From assembly GCF_009914755.1 (NCBI RefSeq), contig NC_060929.1: 64,000 nt of DNA. One strand, written 5' to 3'. The notes beneath the pieces are model-generated. The model did no database searches. It was not told where the DNA came from and worked only from the letters and a program-made list of their open reading frames with translations. Of the stretch, positions 14,275 to 32,360 are shown piece after piece. Position numbers and translations under genes: made by a program. Position 1 is the first letter of the stretch. Every line of letters starts with the position of its first letter. The DNA comes from the human T2T-CHM13v2.0 reference genome, Homo sapiens.

Positions 14275-15195
14275 TCATCTCACTGGGGCTTGTTGGACAG
14301 TGGGTGCAGGACAGTGGGTGCAGCCCACTGAACGTGAGCCAAAGCAGGGCGAGGCATCACCTCACCTGGGAAGCACAAGGGGTCAGGGAATTCCCTTTCC
14401 TATCCAAGGGAAGCTGTGACAGATGGCACCTGGAAAATCAGGTCACTCCCACCCTAATACTGTGCTTTTCCAACGGTCTTAGCAAACGGCACACCAGGAG
14501 ATTATATTCTGCGCCTGGCTCAGAGGGTCCTGTGCCCACGGAGCCTCGCTCATTGCTAGCACAGCAGTCTGAGATCGAACTGCAAGGTGGCAGCGAGGCT
14601 GGGGAAGGGGCACCCACCAATGCTGAGGCTTGAGTAGGTAAACAAAGCAGCCGAGAAGCTTAAACTGGGTGGAGCCCACCGCAGCTCAAGGAGGCCTGCC
14701 TGCCTCTGTAGACTCCACCTCTGGGGGCAGGGCATACCTGAACAAAAGGCAGCAGAAACCTCTGCAGGCTTAAATGTCCCTGTCTGACAGCTTTGAAGAG
14801 AGTAGTGGTTCTCCTAGCATGGAGTTTGAGATCTGAGAATGAACAGACTGCCTCCTCAAGAGGTCCCTGACCCCTGAGTAGCCTAACTGGGATGCATCCC
14901 CCCAATAGGGGCAGACTGACAACCCACACAGCTGGGTACCGCTCTGAGACGAAGCTTCCAGAGGAACGATCAGGCAGCAACATTTGCTGTTCAGCAATAT
15001 TCGCTGTTCTGCAGCCTCCGCTGCTGATACCCAGGCAAACAGGGCCTGGAGTGGACCTCCAGTAAACTCCAATAGACCTGCAGCTGAGGGTCCTGACTGT
15101 TAGAGGGAAAACTAACAAACAGAAAGGACATCCACACCAAAACCCCATCTGTATGTCACCATCATCAAAGACCAAAGGTAGATAAAACCACAAAG

Positions 15196-16213
15196 ATGGG
15201 GAAAAAATAGAGCAGAAAAGCTGAAAATTCTAAAAATCAGAGCGCCTCTCCCCCTCCAAAGGAATGCAGCTCTTCACCAGCAATGGAACAAAGGTGGATG
15301 GAGAATGACTTAGACGAGTTGAGATAAGAAGGCTTCAGACGATCAAACTTCTCCGAGTTAAAGGAGGAAGTTCGAACTCACCGCAAAGAAGCTAAAAACC
15401 TTGAAAAAAGATTAGACGAATGGCTAACTAGAATAACCAGTGTAGAGAAGTCCTTAAATGACCTGATGGAGCTGAAAACCATGGCAGGAGAACTATGCGA
15501 CGCATGCACAAGCTTCAGTAGCTGATTCAATCAACTGGAATAAAGGGTATCAGTGATTGAAGATCAAATGAATGAAATGAAGCGAGAAGAGACGTTTAGA
15601 GAAAAAAGAGTAAAAAGAAATGAACAAAGCCGCTAAGAAATATGGGACTATGTGAAAAGACCAAATCTACGTCTGATTGGTGTACCTGAAAGTGACGGGG
15701 AGAATGGAACCAAGTTGGAAAACACTCTGCAGGATATTATCCAGGAGAACTTCCCCAACCTAGCAAGGCAGGCCAACATTCAAATTCAGGAACTACAGAG
15801 AACACCACAAAGATACTCCTCGAGAAGAGCAACTCCAAGACACATAATTGTCAGATTCACCAAAGTTGAAATGAAGGAAAAAATATTAAGGGCAGCCAGA
15901 GAGAAAGGTCGGGTTACTCACAAAGGGAAGCCCATCAGAATAACAGCTGATTTCTCGGCAGAAGCTCTACAAGCCAGAAGAGAGTGGGGGTCAATATTCA
16001 ACATTCTTAAAGAAAAGAATTTTCAACCCAGAATTTCATATCCAGCCAAACTAAGCTTCATAAGTGAAGGAGAAATAAAATCCTTTACAGACAAGCAAAT
16101 GCTGAGAGATTTTGTCACCACCAGGCCTGCCCTACAAGAGCTCCTGAAGGAAGCACTAAACATGGAAATAAACAACCGCTACCAGCCACTGCAAAAAAAA
16201 TGCCAAATTGTAA
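15196..16213 (+). pseudogene. L1 ORF1 remnant
   Basis: Stop at codon 5 (ATG GGG AAA AAA TAG) plus further stops; the C-terminal half is intact in the ORF track (15652-16269, read-through by a frameshift near the normal stop). Confidence 0.9.
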
Positions 16214-16276
16214 AGACCATCGAGGCTAGGAAGAAACTGCATCAACTAACGAGCAAAATAACCAGCTAACATCATA

Positions 16277-20097
<3,821 letters not shown>

Positions 20098-23000
20098 ACA
20101 ATGAGAACCCTTGGACACAGGAAGGGGAACATCACACACCGGGGCCTGTTGTGGGGTAGGGGGAGGGGTGAGGGAGAGCATTAGGAGATATACCTAATGT
20201 AAATGATGAGTTAATGGGTGGAGCACACCAACATGGCGCATGTAAACATATGTAACAAACCTGCACGTTGTACACATGTACCCTAGAACTTAAAGTATAA
20301 TAAAAAAAACTATTAATGTTTTTAGCCTACTTTTTGATGGAATTTTGTTTTTCTTATTTGATTTCCTTGTAGATTCTAGGTATTAGTCCTTTATCGGATG
20401 CAGAGATTATAAAGATTTCTCCCACTCTGTGGGTTGTCTGTTAACTCTGCTGATTATTTCTTTTGCTGTGCAGAAGGTTTTTAGTTTAATTGAGTCCCAT
20501 TTATTTATCTTTGTGTTCGTTGCATTTCCTTTTGGGTTCTTGGTCATGAAGTCTTTGCCTAAGCCAATGTCTAGAGGGGTTTTTTTTTTTTTTTTTTTGA
20601 TGTTATCTTGTAGAATCTTTATGGTTTCAGGTCTTAGATTTAAATATTTGATCCATTTTGAGTTGATTTTTGTATAAGATGAGAGATGAGGATCCAGTTT
20701 CATTCTTCTATATGTGGCTTGCCAATTATCCAAGCACCATTTATTGAATAGAGTGTCTTTTCCCCACTCTATGTTTTTGTTTGCTTTGTCAAAGATCAGT
20801 TGGCTGTAAGTTTTTGATTTTATTTCTGGGTTCTGTATTCTGTTCCATGGTCTTTGTGCCTATTTTTATACCAATATCACACTGTTTTGGTGACTATGGC
20901 CTTATAGTATAGTTTGAAGTCAGATAATGTGATGCCTCCAGATTTGTTGTTTTTGCTTAGTCTTGCTTTGGCTATGTGGGCTCTTTTTTGGTTCCCTATG
21001 AATTTTGAGGTTGTTTTTTCTAGTTCTGTGCAGAATCATGTTGGTATTTTGATGGAAATTGCATTCAATTTATAGATTGCTTTTGGCAGTATGGTCATTT
21101 TCACAATATTGATTCTACTCATCCATGAGCATGGGGAGTGTTTCAATTTGTTTGTGTCATCTAAGATTTTTTCAGTAGTGTTTTGTAATTTTCCTTGTAG
21201 AGGTCTTTCATGTCCTTGGTTAGGTAAATTCCTAAGTATTTATTTATTTTTTTTTGCAGCTATTGTGAAAGTGGTTGAGTTCTTGATTTGATTCTGAGTG
21301 TGGTTGCTATTGGTATATAGCAGAGCTACTGATTTGTGTACATTAATTTTGTATCCTGAAACCTTACTGAATTTATTTACCAGTTCTAGGAGCTTTTTGG
21401 ATGAGTCTTTAGGGTTTTCTATTATGTGATGATATCATCAGCAAACAGTGGTCATTTGACTTCCTCTTTATCAATTTGGATGCCTTGATTTCTTTCTCTT
21501 GTCTGATTGCACTGGTTAGGACTTCCAGTACTATGTTGAGTAGAAGTGGGGAAAGTGGGCATCCTTGTCTTGTTTCAGTTCTTGCAGGAATGCTTTCAAA
21601 TTTTCCCCATTCAGTATACTGTTAGCTGTGGGATTGTCATAGATGGCTTTTATTATGTTAAGGTATGTCCCTTCTATGTCAATTTTGCTGAGGGTTTTAA
21701 TCATAAAACGATGTTGGATTTTGTCAAATGCTTTTTCTGCATCTCTTCAGACGATCATGTGATTTTTGTTTTTAATTCTGTTTATGTGATGTATCACATT
21801 TATTGACTTGCGGATGTTAAACCATCCCTGGTATGAAACCCACTTGATCATGGCGGATTATATTTTTGATATGCTGTTGAATTTGGTTCACTAGTATTTT
21901 GTTTAGGGTTTTTACATCTCAGGGATATTGGTCTGCAGTTTTCTTTTTTTGTTATGTCCTTCCCTATTTTGGGTATTAGAGTGATACCTGCTTCATAGAG
22001 TGATTTAGGGAAGATTCCCTCTTTCTCTATCCTGTGGAACAGTGTCAATAGTATTGCTACCAGTTCTTTGAATGTCTGATAGAATTTAGCTGTGAATTCT
22101 TCTGTCCTAGATTTTTTTTCGTTGGCAATTTTTTTTATTACCACTTCAGTCTCGCTGCTTATTATTGGTCTGTTCAGAATTTCTTTATCTTTCTGCTTTA
22201 ATCTGGGAGGGTTATATATTTGGAGGAATTTATCCATCTCCTCTAGTTTTTCTAGTTTATGTGCATAAAGGTGTTCATAGTAGCCTTGAATGATCTTTTG
22301 TATTTTTGTGGTGTCAGTAGTAATATCTCCCATTTTTTTTCTAATTGTGCTTATTTGGATTTTCTGTCTTCCTTGGTTAATCTTGCTAATGGTCTGTCAA
22401 TTTTATTTATCTTTTCAATAAACTAGCTTTTTGTTTCATTTATCTTTTGTTTTTTTTTTTTTCATTTCAGTTTCATTGAGTTATGCTCTGATCTTCATTA
22501 TTTCTTTTCTTCTGCTGGGTTTGGATTGTTCTTATTTCTCCAGTTCCATGAGGCGTGACCTTAGATTGTCTATTTGTGCTCTTTCAGACTTTCTGATGTA
22601 GGCATTTAATGCTATGAACTTTCCTCTTAGCACCACTGTTGCTGTATCCCAGAGGTTTTGATAGGTTGTGTCACTGTCATTCAGTTCAAAGAATTTTTGA
22701 ATTTCCATCTTGATTTCATTGTTGACCCAGAGATCATTCAGGAGTAGATTATTAATTTTCATGTATTTGCATGGTTTTGAGGTTCCTTTTGGAATTGATT
22801 TCCAATTTTATTCCACTGTGGTATGAGAGAGTACTCGATATAATTTTGATTTTCTTGAATTTACTGAGACTTGTTTTGTGGCATATCATATGGTCTGTCT
22901 TGGAGAATGTTCCATGTACTGATGAATAGAATATATTCTGCAGTTGTTGGGTAGAATGTTCTGTAAATATCTAAATCCATTTGTTGTATAGTTTAAGTCC

Positions 23001-24991
23001 ATTATTTCTTTGTTGCCTTTCTGCCTTGATGACTAGTGTCAGTGGAGTATTGAAGTCCCCCTCTATTATTGTGTTGCCATCTATCTCATTTCTTAGGCCT
23101 AGTAGAATTGTTTTATAAATTCGGGAGCTCCAGTGTTAGATATATGCATACATACATATATATTTATTTAGAATTGTGGTATTTCTCTGTTGGATTAGTC
23201 CTTTTTATCATTATATGATATCATTCTTTGTATTTTTAAGCTGCTGTTGCTTTAAAGTTTTTCTTTTTCTTTTTTTTTTTTTTTTTGTCTGATATAAGAC
23301 TAGCTACTCTTGCTTGCTTTTGGCGTCCATTTCCGTGGAATGGCTTTTCAGAAGACAGCAGAAACTTGATTGTTGAATTCTTATCCATTCTGCCATTCTG
23401 TATCTTTAAGTGGAGCAGTTAGGCCATTTACGTTCAATGTTATTATTGAGATGTGAGGTACTATTCTATTCATTGTGCTATTTGTTGCCTGAATACCTTT
23501 TTTTTTTCATTGTGCTATTGTTATACAGGTCCTGTGAGATTTATGCTTTAAGGAGGCTCTATTTTGTTGTATTCTGAGGATTCGTTTCAAAATTTAGAGC
23601 TCCTTTTAGCAGTTCTTGTAGTGTTGGCCTGGTAGTGGCGAATTCTCTCAGCATTTTTTTATCTAGAAAAGACTGTACCTTTCCTTCATTTATGAAGCTT
23701 AGTTTCACTGGATACAAAATTCTTAGCTGAAAATTGTTTTGTTTAAGGAGGCTAAAAACAGGACCCTAGTCTCTCCTAGCTTGAGGGATTTCTGCTGAGA
23801 AATCTGCTGTTAATCCAACAGGTTTTCCTTTATAGGTTACCTGGTGCTTTTGTCTCACAGCTCTGAAGATTCTTTTTATTGTCTTGACTTTTGATAACCT
23901 GATGACTGTGTGCCTAGGCAATGATCTTTTTGTGATGAGTTTCCCAGGTGTTCTTTGAGCTTCTTGTATTTGGATATCTAGATCTCTAGCAAGGCCAGGG
24001 AAGTTCTCCTTAATTATTCCCTCAAATATGTTTTCCAAAGTTTTAGATTTCTCTTCTTCCTTAGGAACACCAATTATTTTTAGGTTTGTTTGTTTAACAT
24101 AATCCCAGAGTTCTTGGGGCTTTGTTCATTTTTAAAAATTCTTTCTTCTTTGTCCTTGATGGATTGGGTTAATTCAAAAGCCTTGTCTTCGAGCCCTGAA
24201 GTTCTTTCTTCTGCTTGTTCAGTTCTATTGCTGAGACTTTCCAGTGTATTTTGCATTTCTCTGAGTGTGTCCTTGACTTCCAGAAGTTGTGATTGTTTTT
24301 TGCTTATGCTATCTATTTCACTGAAGAATTTTCCTTTCCTATCCTGTATCATGTTTTTGATTTCTTTAAGTTGAAATTCACCTTTCTCTGTTGACTCCGT
24401 GATTCGCTTAATAATCGACCTTCTAAATTCTTTTTCTGGCAATTGAGATATTTCATTTTCATTTAGATCCATTGCTGGTGAGCTAGTATGATCTTTTGGG
24501 GGTGTTAAAGACCCTTGCTTTGTCATATTGCCAGAGTTGTTTTTCTGGTTCCTTCTCATTTGGGTAAATTATGTCAGAGGGAAGATCTGGGATTCAAGGT
24601 GGCTGTTCAGATTCTTCTGTCCCATGGGGTGCTCCCTTGATGTGTTGTTCTCCCCTTTCTCCTAGGAATGAGGCTCCCTGAGAGCCGAACTGGAGTGATT
24701 GTTTTTGTTCTTCTGAGTCTAGCCGTCCAGTGGAGCTACTGAGCTTCAGGCTGGTACTGGGGTGTGTCCGCAAAGAGTCCTGTGATATGATTCATCTTCA
24801 GGTCTTGCAGCCCTGGATAGCAGCACCCGAACCAGTAGAGGTAGCAGGGGAGTGAAGTGGACTCTGTGAGCATCCTTGGTTGTGTTTTTGTTTGGTGCGT
24901 CATTTTGTGTTGGTTGGCCTCCAGCCAGGAGGTGGTGCTTTCAAGAGTGCATCAGCTGTGGTCCTATAGCGAGGATGTGGACTTGCCCTAC

Positions 24992-25181
24992 GGGCTGGGC
25001 ACAGTGTCTTATTCCTGTAATCCCAGCACTTTGGCCGAGATGGGCGTATCACTTGAGGTCAGGAGTTCGACACTATCCTGACCAACATGGTGAATCCCTG
25101 TCTCTACTTAAAACAACAACAAAACAACAAAACAATCACCACCACCACCACCACCACCACCACCACCACCACCACCACCAC
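24992..25181 (+). mobile_element. Alu left arm ending in an (AAC)-rich tract and (CAC)15
   Basis: ggctgggcacagtg...tgtctctactta, then aaacaacaac... and 15 CAC units at 25137-25181; no right arm. Confidence 0.85.
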
Positions 25182-26178
25182 GTTCTAGGAATACCTGGTT
25201 AAGTATTCAGGTTTTTCAGGCAGTGGGCGGGGCCATAGAGCTTTCAAGAGATTTTGACCTTTGTCTTTGGTTACCTGGGCAAGTAGAGAAAGACCACCAG
25301 CTTGGGGAAGGGATAGGTGTGTCTGTGCTCATTCCCTCCTTGGGCATGGGGCTCGCTTTGGCTGCTGTGGGGGATGGGGGTGTGGTTCCTAGTCCAATGG
25401 AGTTATATTCCCAGGGAGATTATGGCTGCCTCTGCTGAGTTACACAGGTTACCAGGGAAGTGGGGGAAAGCCTGCAGTCACAGACCTGTCTCCACTCCCA
25501 TGCAGTCCCCAGTCCTAAAGGCCAGTCTCATTCCTGCCGTGCCCCCTCACCTGCATCGAGTCTATTTCCAGGCAGCTGGTGACCAGGGCTGAGAACTTGC
25601 CCCAGACCGTGAACCTCCCTGTTGAGAAAGCAAGCAGACTTATAGTTTTTCGGTGACTCAGGGAGCCTGCAGTGGTGATCCAGTTACCTCAAAGGGTCTA
25701 TGGATTCTCTCAGCTTTCCTGGTATGTTCCTGTGGAAATTCTTGGTGCTGCTATCCAGGGCTGCAAGACCTGAAGATGAATCATATCACAGGACTCTTTG
25801 CAGACACACCCTAGTACCAGCCTGAAGTTCTGCTCAATACTGTTCATGAACACTGTTCATGATGTGAGTCTCTACACACTGCTCTGCCTGTCTGAGCGGG
25901 AGCTGCAAGCTAGTCCTGCCTCCTATTCGCCATCTTAAAGTCCATTTAAAAGGTTTTGAATGGGGTATAAGGAAATCTATTTAACTGTATTAATTCTCTA
26001 AACAACAGTTTAGATAAAGTTCCACAGGTGTGACATCTTTTACTGGGTATAAAATGTAGTTTATCCCATTCCTTTAAAAGATAATTCTTTAGTTCCCTGT
26101 CCAAATCATTGATTTCATAGTATATTGTACCTTTGAAAATGCATATCAGTTTTTCCCCCCATACTGTACAAATCAGGC

Positions 26179-26459
<281 letters not shown>

Positions 26460-28080
26460 ACAAGTCAGGCTTTCTTCAGCCATAGTTCTGTGTGAGGATC
26501 AGGAATCTTTAATTGTAGACTCCCATTATATATATTCTTTACAACCTTTTAGAGAAATCTGCCAGTAATAAATTCAGATGGTTTGCTGTTTGGTTGATTT
26601 TTTTTTTTCTCACCTCAGAGTGTAGTAATTAGTTATAAGTTAAGCTGTGGAATATCAACCCAGTTGCCTGTTTCACTCAGCAAATATTGTTTGCTCACTA
26701 TGTGATCTAAGTTTCTGCCTTCATAGGGCTTATATTCTAGTGTAGATGAGTGCTGGGAGACAGATAAGGTACAGCTAGTAATAAATAAATAAAATAGTTT
26801 CTCTAGTAGTAAGTGTTAAGAGTAAAGTTAAAGCAAAACGATAAAGAGTAGGAGAGAGGGGTCTACTGCACGTAGAGTAGTCAGAGAAAGCCTTGGAATT
26901 GACTTTTTTTTTTTTAAGTTGAGGCTTAAATTATGCAAAGGAGGCAGCCACAGGGAAATAACTTTTCCTGGACAAAATCCTATTATATTTAATGGCCTTG
27001 AAATGTGAATGCAATATGGCATATTTGAGGGAAAGAAAAGACTAGTAGTTGACATTTCATAGATTGGTAGGAAAAGTGAGAGTGATAGGAAATGAGTTTG
27101 GAAAAGAGGACAGGGCCACTGAAATAAGGTGTTGTGGGCTAAAATATAAAGTGCTAAAATTTTAAAGTAATGACAAGCCAAGCCATTGAAGAGTACTAAA
27201 TCTGTACTGTATTTTTAAAATTAAATTAAAATTTAAAAAATTGACTCTTGCTCCTCTCTGGAAGTACCATAATATTATTGGAAAGTCAAAGTCAATAGAA
27301 ATGGTCTCTTCACAGGTTGTTAACATTTTCCAGTGAGGTAACATTGGGATACTAGCTCATAATAGTTAACATTTATTGAGAACTTAATATATACCAGCAC
27401 TGGGCAATACATATTATATGTCTGAAGCACTTTATATTATGTTTTCTTCACAGCAGTCGGATAGGTGGTAATGTTATTACATATTCTAAATGAAGAAACT
27501 GATTATATTTTTCCCAAGGACACATAATTCCAAGTGTTGCTTGGATAACATGAGCCAGAATGTGAACCCACTGAGTGGTTTGTACACTTTATGAATGGTT
27601 GTCACAAACGTGATGATGATTGATTTACAGATATAGGCAGAAGATGCAAATCTCTTTTATATAAGTAATGGATACAAGAACTTACTTTTTAGAAACATGT
27701 TGCAGTATTCTCCCCTTTGGAAGGACAAATTTCCTTTGCATTGAATTTCTCTTGTAGGGCACTACAGTGGTGGTGCTACCACATTGTCTGACTGTGATGA
27801 GGATTATCTTACTCATCTCCAAGATCTCATCAGTATAAGTAGACTGGGTTTCATTGTATTCCCATGGTTTCTTAGCAATCTGTTATTTCTTTTAGATAAG
27901 ATATATGTATATTCCTTCTTGCTGAAGACAGCAGATAAAATTGAAAATAGCCATCAAATAAAAGCAGTTTCATTACTTCTCTTCAAATCCTAATATATGG
28001 CTTTTGTTTTAAAATATTTTTTTCTTAAAGTATGTTGGATTTGGCACATAACATTATTAAAATAAAGAAATTTTATTCTA

Positions 28081-28281
28081 CAGGTTGAGTAAATGTTACC
28101 TGAAATGCTGGGGACCAGAAGTATTTTGGATTTCAGATTTTTTTTAGATTTTGGAATATTTGTATTACTGGTTGAGTATCCCTAAACTGAAAATCTGCAA
28201 TAAATAATGCCTCAAAAAGCACTCAGAAAGTTACAGATTTTGGAGGATTTTGGATTTTTGGATTAGGGATACTCAAACCTG
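28081..28281. mobile_element. Tigger4a-like (TcMar-Tigger) MITE
   Basis: TIRs caggttgagta...tactcaaacctg flanked by TA on both sides; internal gggaccagaagt. Confidence 0.8.
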
Positions 28282-30966
28282 TATTTCTAATTTTATCATA
28301 GGTGTTGAACTTCATCAAATGGTTTTTCCTAATATTTGATGTAATCTTGCTGTTGTTTTTCTTTTGGTCTTTTATTGTGCAGAAGTTTATTAATATATTT
28401 TCTGATGTTAAACTAGTCTTACATTCCTGTAGTAAACCATAGTTTTTCACTGAAAAAAAATTCTGCTCTATTTAGGAATTTTGTATTTTATTTACAATTT
28501 CAATTTTATGTTGACAAGAAAATTTTTTTTTCCTCTCTAGAGGACTTTTAAATTCTTTTTGTAATACCTTTATTGGACTTTGGAACAGAGATACTGGCCT
28601 CTTAAAATGAAGAATATTTCCCTCATTTTCTGTTATCTGGCCCCATGTCCAAGTTCCCCATTTCTCCAGAAGGTGGATTTTATAACCATAGCCATAAATA
28701 AAAACCTTATGGAACCTCTAAGGTCATCTAACAATTTGAATTAAAATCCAAACCCCGGGAATACAGAATTGTTTTTCAAAGTTTGCTTTGTTTTTAAGTT
28801 TAGTTTCTCAGATATTTTTTGGAAAAGGTATGTTTAATAAATCTAGAAGAAATTTTAGCAGTAAGCGGAAGCAGTTGGGAAGAAAATACTGTATATGACA
28901 AAAATTTTGGGAAAATATCCATGATATAAGAAAGTGTACTCATATTGCATCTGGGTTGAATGCTCCCATAAAGGAAAGGTGAGTGGACCTGGACATGTAA
29001 ACATAGGAAGTGGGAAGGAGAGGCAAAGGAGCACAGGAATGGGATCTGTGGGCTTGTAAATATAATCTGATGAATAGTAGTTTGATTAAAATGTACTTGC
29101 AAGTCTTTCTCAGTCCAAGAGAGAATATGACTTGAATTGAGCTATCAATATTTAAAAATAATGACCGCTACTACTCCACAAGGTTAGGAGGAGTACATAT
29201 ATTATCCTTGGAGATCAAAAGCTTCCATTGTTTAAAATGGGCAATTAGCACCCAGAATCATGGTTCTGTTTTTTTATCCTAAGACATTAGGGTAAAAAGC
29301 TTTTAATTTTATTATTGGTTTTATTAAATGGCTTAATTTTATTGTTGAGCAAACTCTGGATTAACAGGATAAACAAAGTAAAATTGCTAATACTTCTGAT
29401 TATACTTCATTGTGATTGTCAAATGAATATTTTACCACATGACACTATAAAATATCCTAGATATTTTTCAGAAAGAAATAAGAATAACCATGGTATATTT
29501 GTTACTTTCCTTCATACTGGAAAACTGCATGGATTGTCGAGAACAACTAGCATCTGATCAGGCATCATCAGAATTCGTAGGTCTAATACTGTAAAGTTTT
29601 GGATTAAGAAATACTCTTTTGGTTCAGGAATTAGTTCAGTGAGGGCCTTTGGGCAAAATTCACTCTATATTTCTTAGAGAATCTTATATATCAGAGTGCC
29701 ACTCTGCTTTTCATTGCTTTATCTTATTCTCTTCTACGTTGGTTAGCATGGCAGAGAGAAACATCAACTGCACGTTTTATAAACTCCTCACTCCCTTGGA
29801 AGACTTTATTGAGGGCTATTTAGGTTTTAAATTAGGATCATTTTAGCAGGCTCTGTTGTATTCATAATGGTAGTATCTTCTTCTTTTTCGCATTCTTGCT
29901 TTCTATCTCTCCTCTCCTGCCTCTCATTTTGGGCAACTGGAAGCTACATATTTTGAATACTATGACCATGGTGTAGATAGCCTCTGGATAAAAGTTTATT
30001 CATCTCAACACCTCTTGTATTATCACAGCGTTATGCACTTACTGCTTAATACACACGATGAATGTTTTCACGGTTATAGCTGTTGCTAGTATTGTAGTGG
30101 CTGGAGAGCTCTGACTAGGTCAATGTGAGACATTCATGTAAACAGCACATAAGAATTGGTTTAGATGCAGTTGGGGGGAGGATTCAGATGGCAATTGTGA
30201 GAAACTATTCCAGTGAAGGCCAAGCTAGCACTCATTGTTTTGTTCTGGCCTCATGTATACTAAGTTAAATTGTGGACATCTTTTCTGAGTGTGAGTTGGA
30301 GATGCTAGTGCCTTAACTTTTTAATTCCAGGAGTTTCAGTATAAAACATAAACCTGAGATGAGGCCAATGTAGGAATGAAATGAAGAGGAAGAGGGCAAG
30401 ATGGCAGTCTTTTTGGTTCTCTTAAGTTTACCAGAATGAAAATTAATGATGAAGTATTAATAGAACTTACTACATTTTACTTGGAAGTAAATGTTAATGA
30501 AAACCAGATGATAATGAAGATTAAAAAATGCTTACTTATCCAAAGGAAGTAATTTCTACTTGTGAATTTCTATGATCTAATGAGGAACTATTTTCTAATT
30601 TGAATTGTAATAGTGTACCAAGTGAGAACATAAATGACGCTAGTATAATCTGAGTCCACAGTATAGAATTTTTACTAAGCCAGTTCCAACTCAGCACAGA
30701 GCTCAGCCCATTGGTACTGATGAGTGAATCAGATGCTTTCATTATTTGAAGGGTTTTTCTATTACATACTCAGGAATTTTTATCTCCAGGTTGGTTCAGA
30801 TCTGTTACAACTGCTTTCGCCTCCATATCCAGCTAATTGTCATATTTACATCTTTGATGTAATAAGATTTTTGATACTTCTGCCACTTCTAATTTTCCCA
30901 CTACTATTCTTGTTATACACTGTGATTTTTATGAGTTGTTGCCATAACATTTTGGGGAGGAGAGGG

Positions 30967-31291
30967 TGTTATGGGCTGAATTGGCTGTATTTAGGGTTAA
31001 GGTCTTTAAAGAGTATGAGGCTATGAATGTGGGCCCTAATCCAATATGACTGGTATCCTTATAAGAAGACAAAGACACCAGGAATGCACAGCCACACAGA
31101 AAAGACCATGTGAGGACATAGTGAGAAAGTGCCCATCTATCAGCAAAACAAGGAAAAAGGCTTCAGAAATCAAACCTGCTGACATCTTGAACTTGGACTT
31201 CTAGTCCCCAAAACTGTGAGACAATAAAATTTCTGTTGTTTAAGCTACCCAGTCTGTGGCACTTTGTTGTGGCAGCCCTAGCAAACTAACA
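30967..31291 (+). mobile_element. MLT1A-type solo LTR
   Basis: TG...CA ends (tgttatgggctgaattg ... gccctagcaaactaaca), internal gggccctaatccaatatgactgg. Confidence 0.85.
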
Positions 31292-31927
31292 GAGAGGGGG
31301 AAGTGTTAGAGGAACTTAAGACTTGCACACATGTACAAACCTGTGCACAGGAATGTGCCCAATAATGGAATGTTCAGGGTCCCTTGTTGTTTGAGGCGTC
31401 TTACCATTCTACTTTGTATGCCTTTGGCGAGTCTGCCTACTGCTGAGAGACATTAGTACATCACTAAACTTGTCCATTTTTTCCCCAATAAGGATAAATA
31501 TTACAGCACAGGAATAATAGGCATCTAGAATTACGCCCCTTCACCAGATTATGTTTGTCCTGAAGTCCCAAAATTCTGTCTTTTAGCGATCACATTAAAT
31601 GGAAGGCAGATTCACCTACACATTTCTGTGGCATTCTTGGAGATTTCAGTTGAAAAAAGTTTGTGACTTTTGATCTACTCAGTGTTTGATTATGAAAAAT
31701 GAATAGTAGTAACAATTGACTGCTTTATATTAAGTTGTTATCAGAATTTAGAATGATTCTTATTTTCTTTTTGCCATTTAAAATTTAAGCCTACATGGAG
31801 TATTGTTGAGATTTATAATTGACAAATAACTGACAGTTGATTATAATCTACAGCCTCGGGATAAAATACAGTAAAATATTTTAAACACTCAGGACCCAGA
31901 ACAAATACGTTTGCTGAATGATTGTAA

Positions 31928-32360
<433 letters not shown>

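Noticed and set aside
24876-25202. Poly-histidine protein
   Set aside because: Translation of a (CAC)15 microsatellite within an Alu/L1 junction.
27758-27840. Possible cryptic exon after ttctcttgtag
   Set aside because: The acceptor is plausible, but there is no convincing donor and no similarity to the expected WDR70 continuation.
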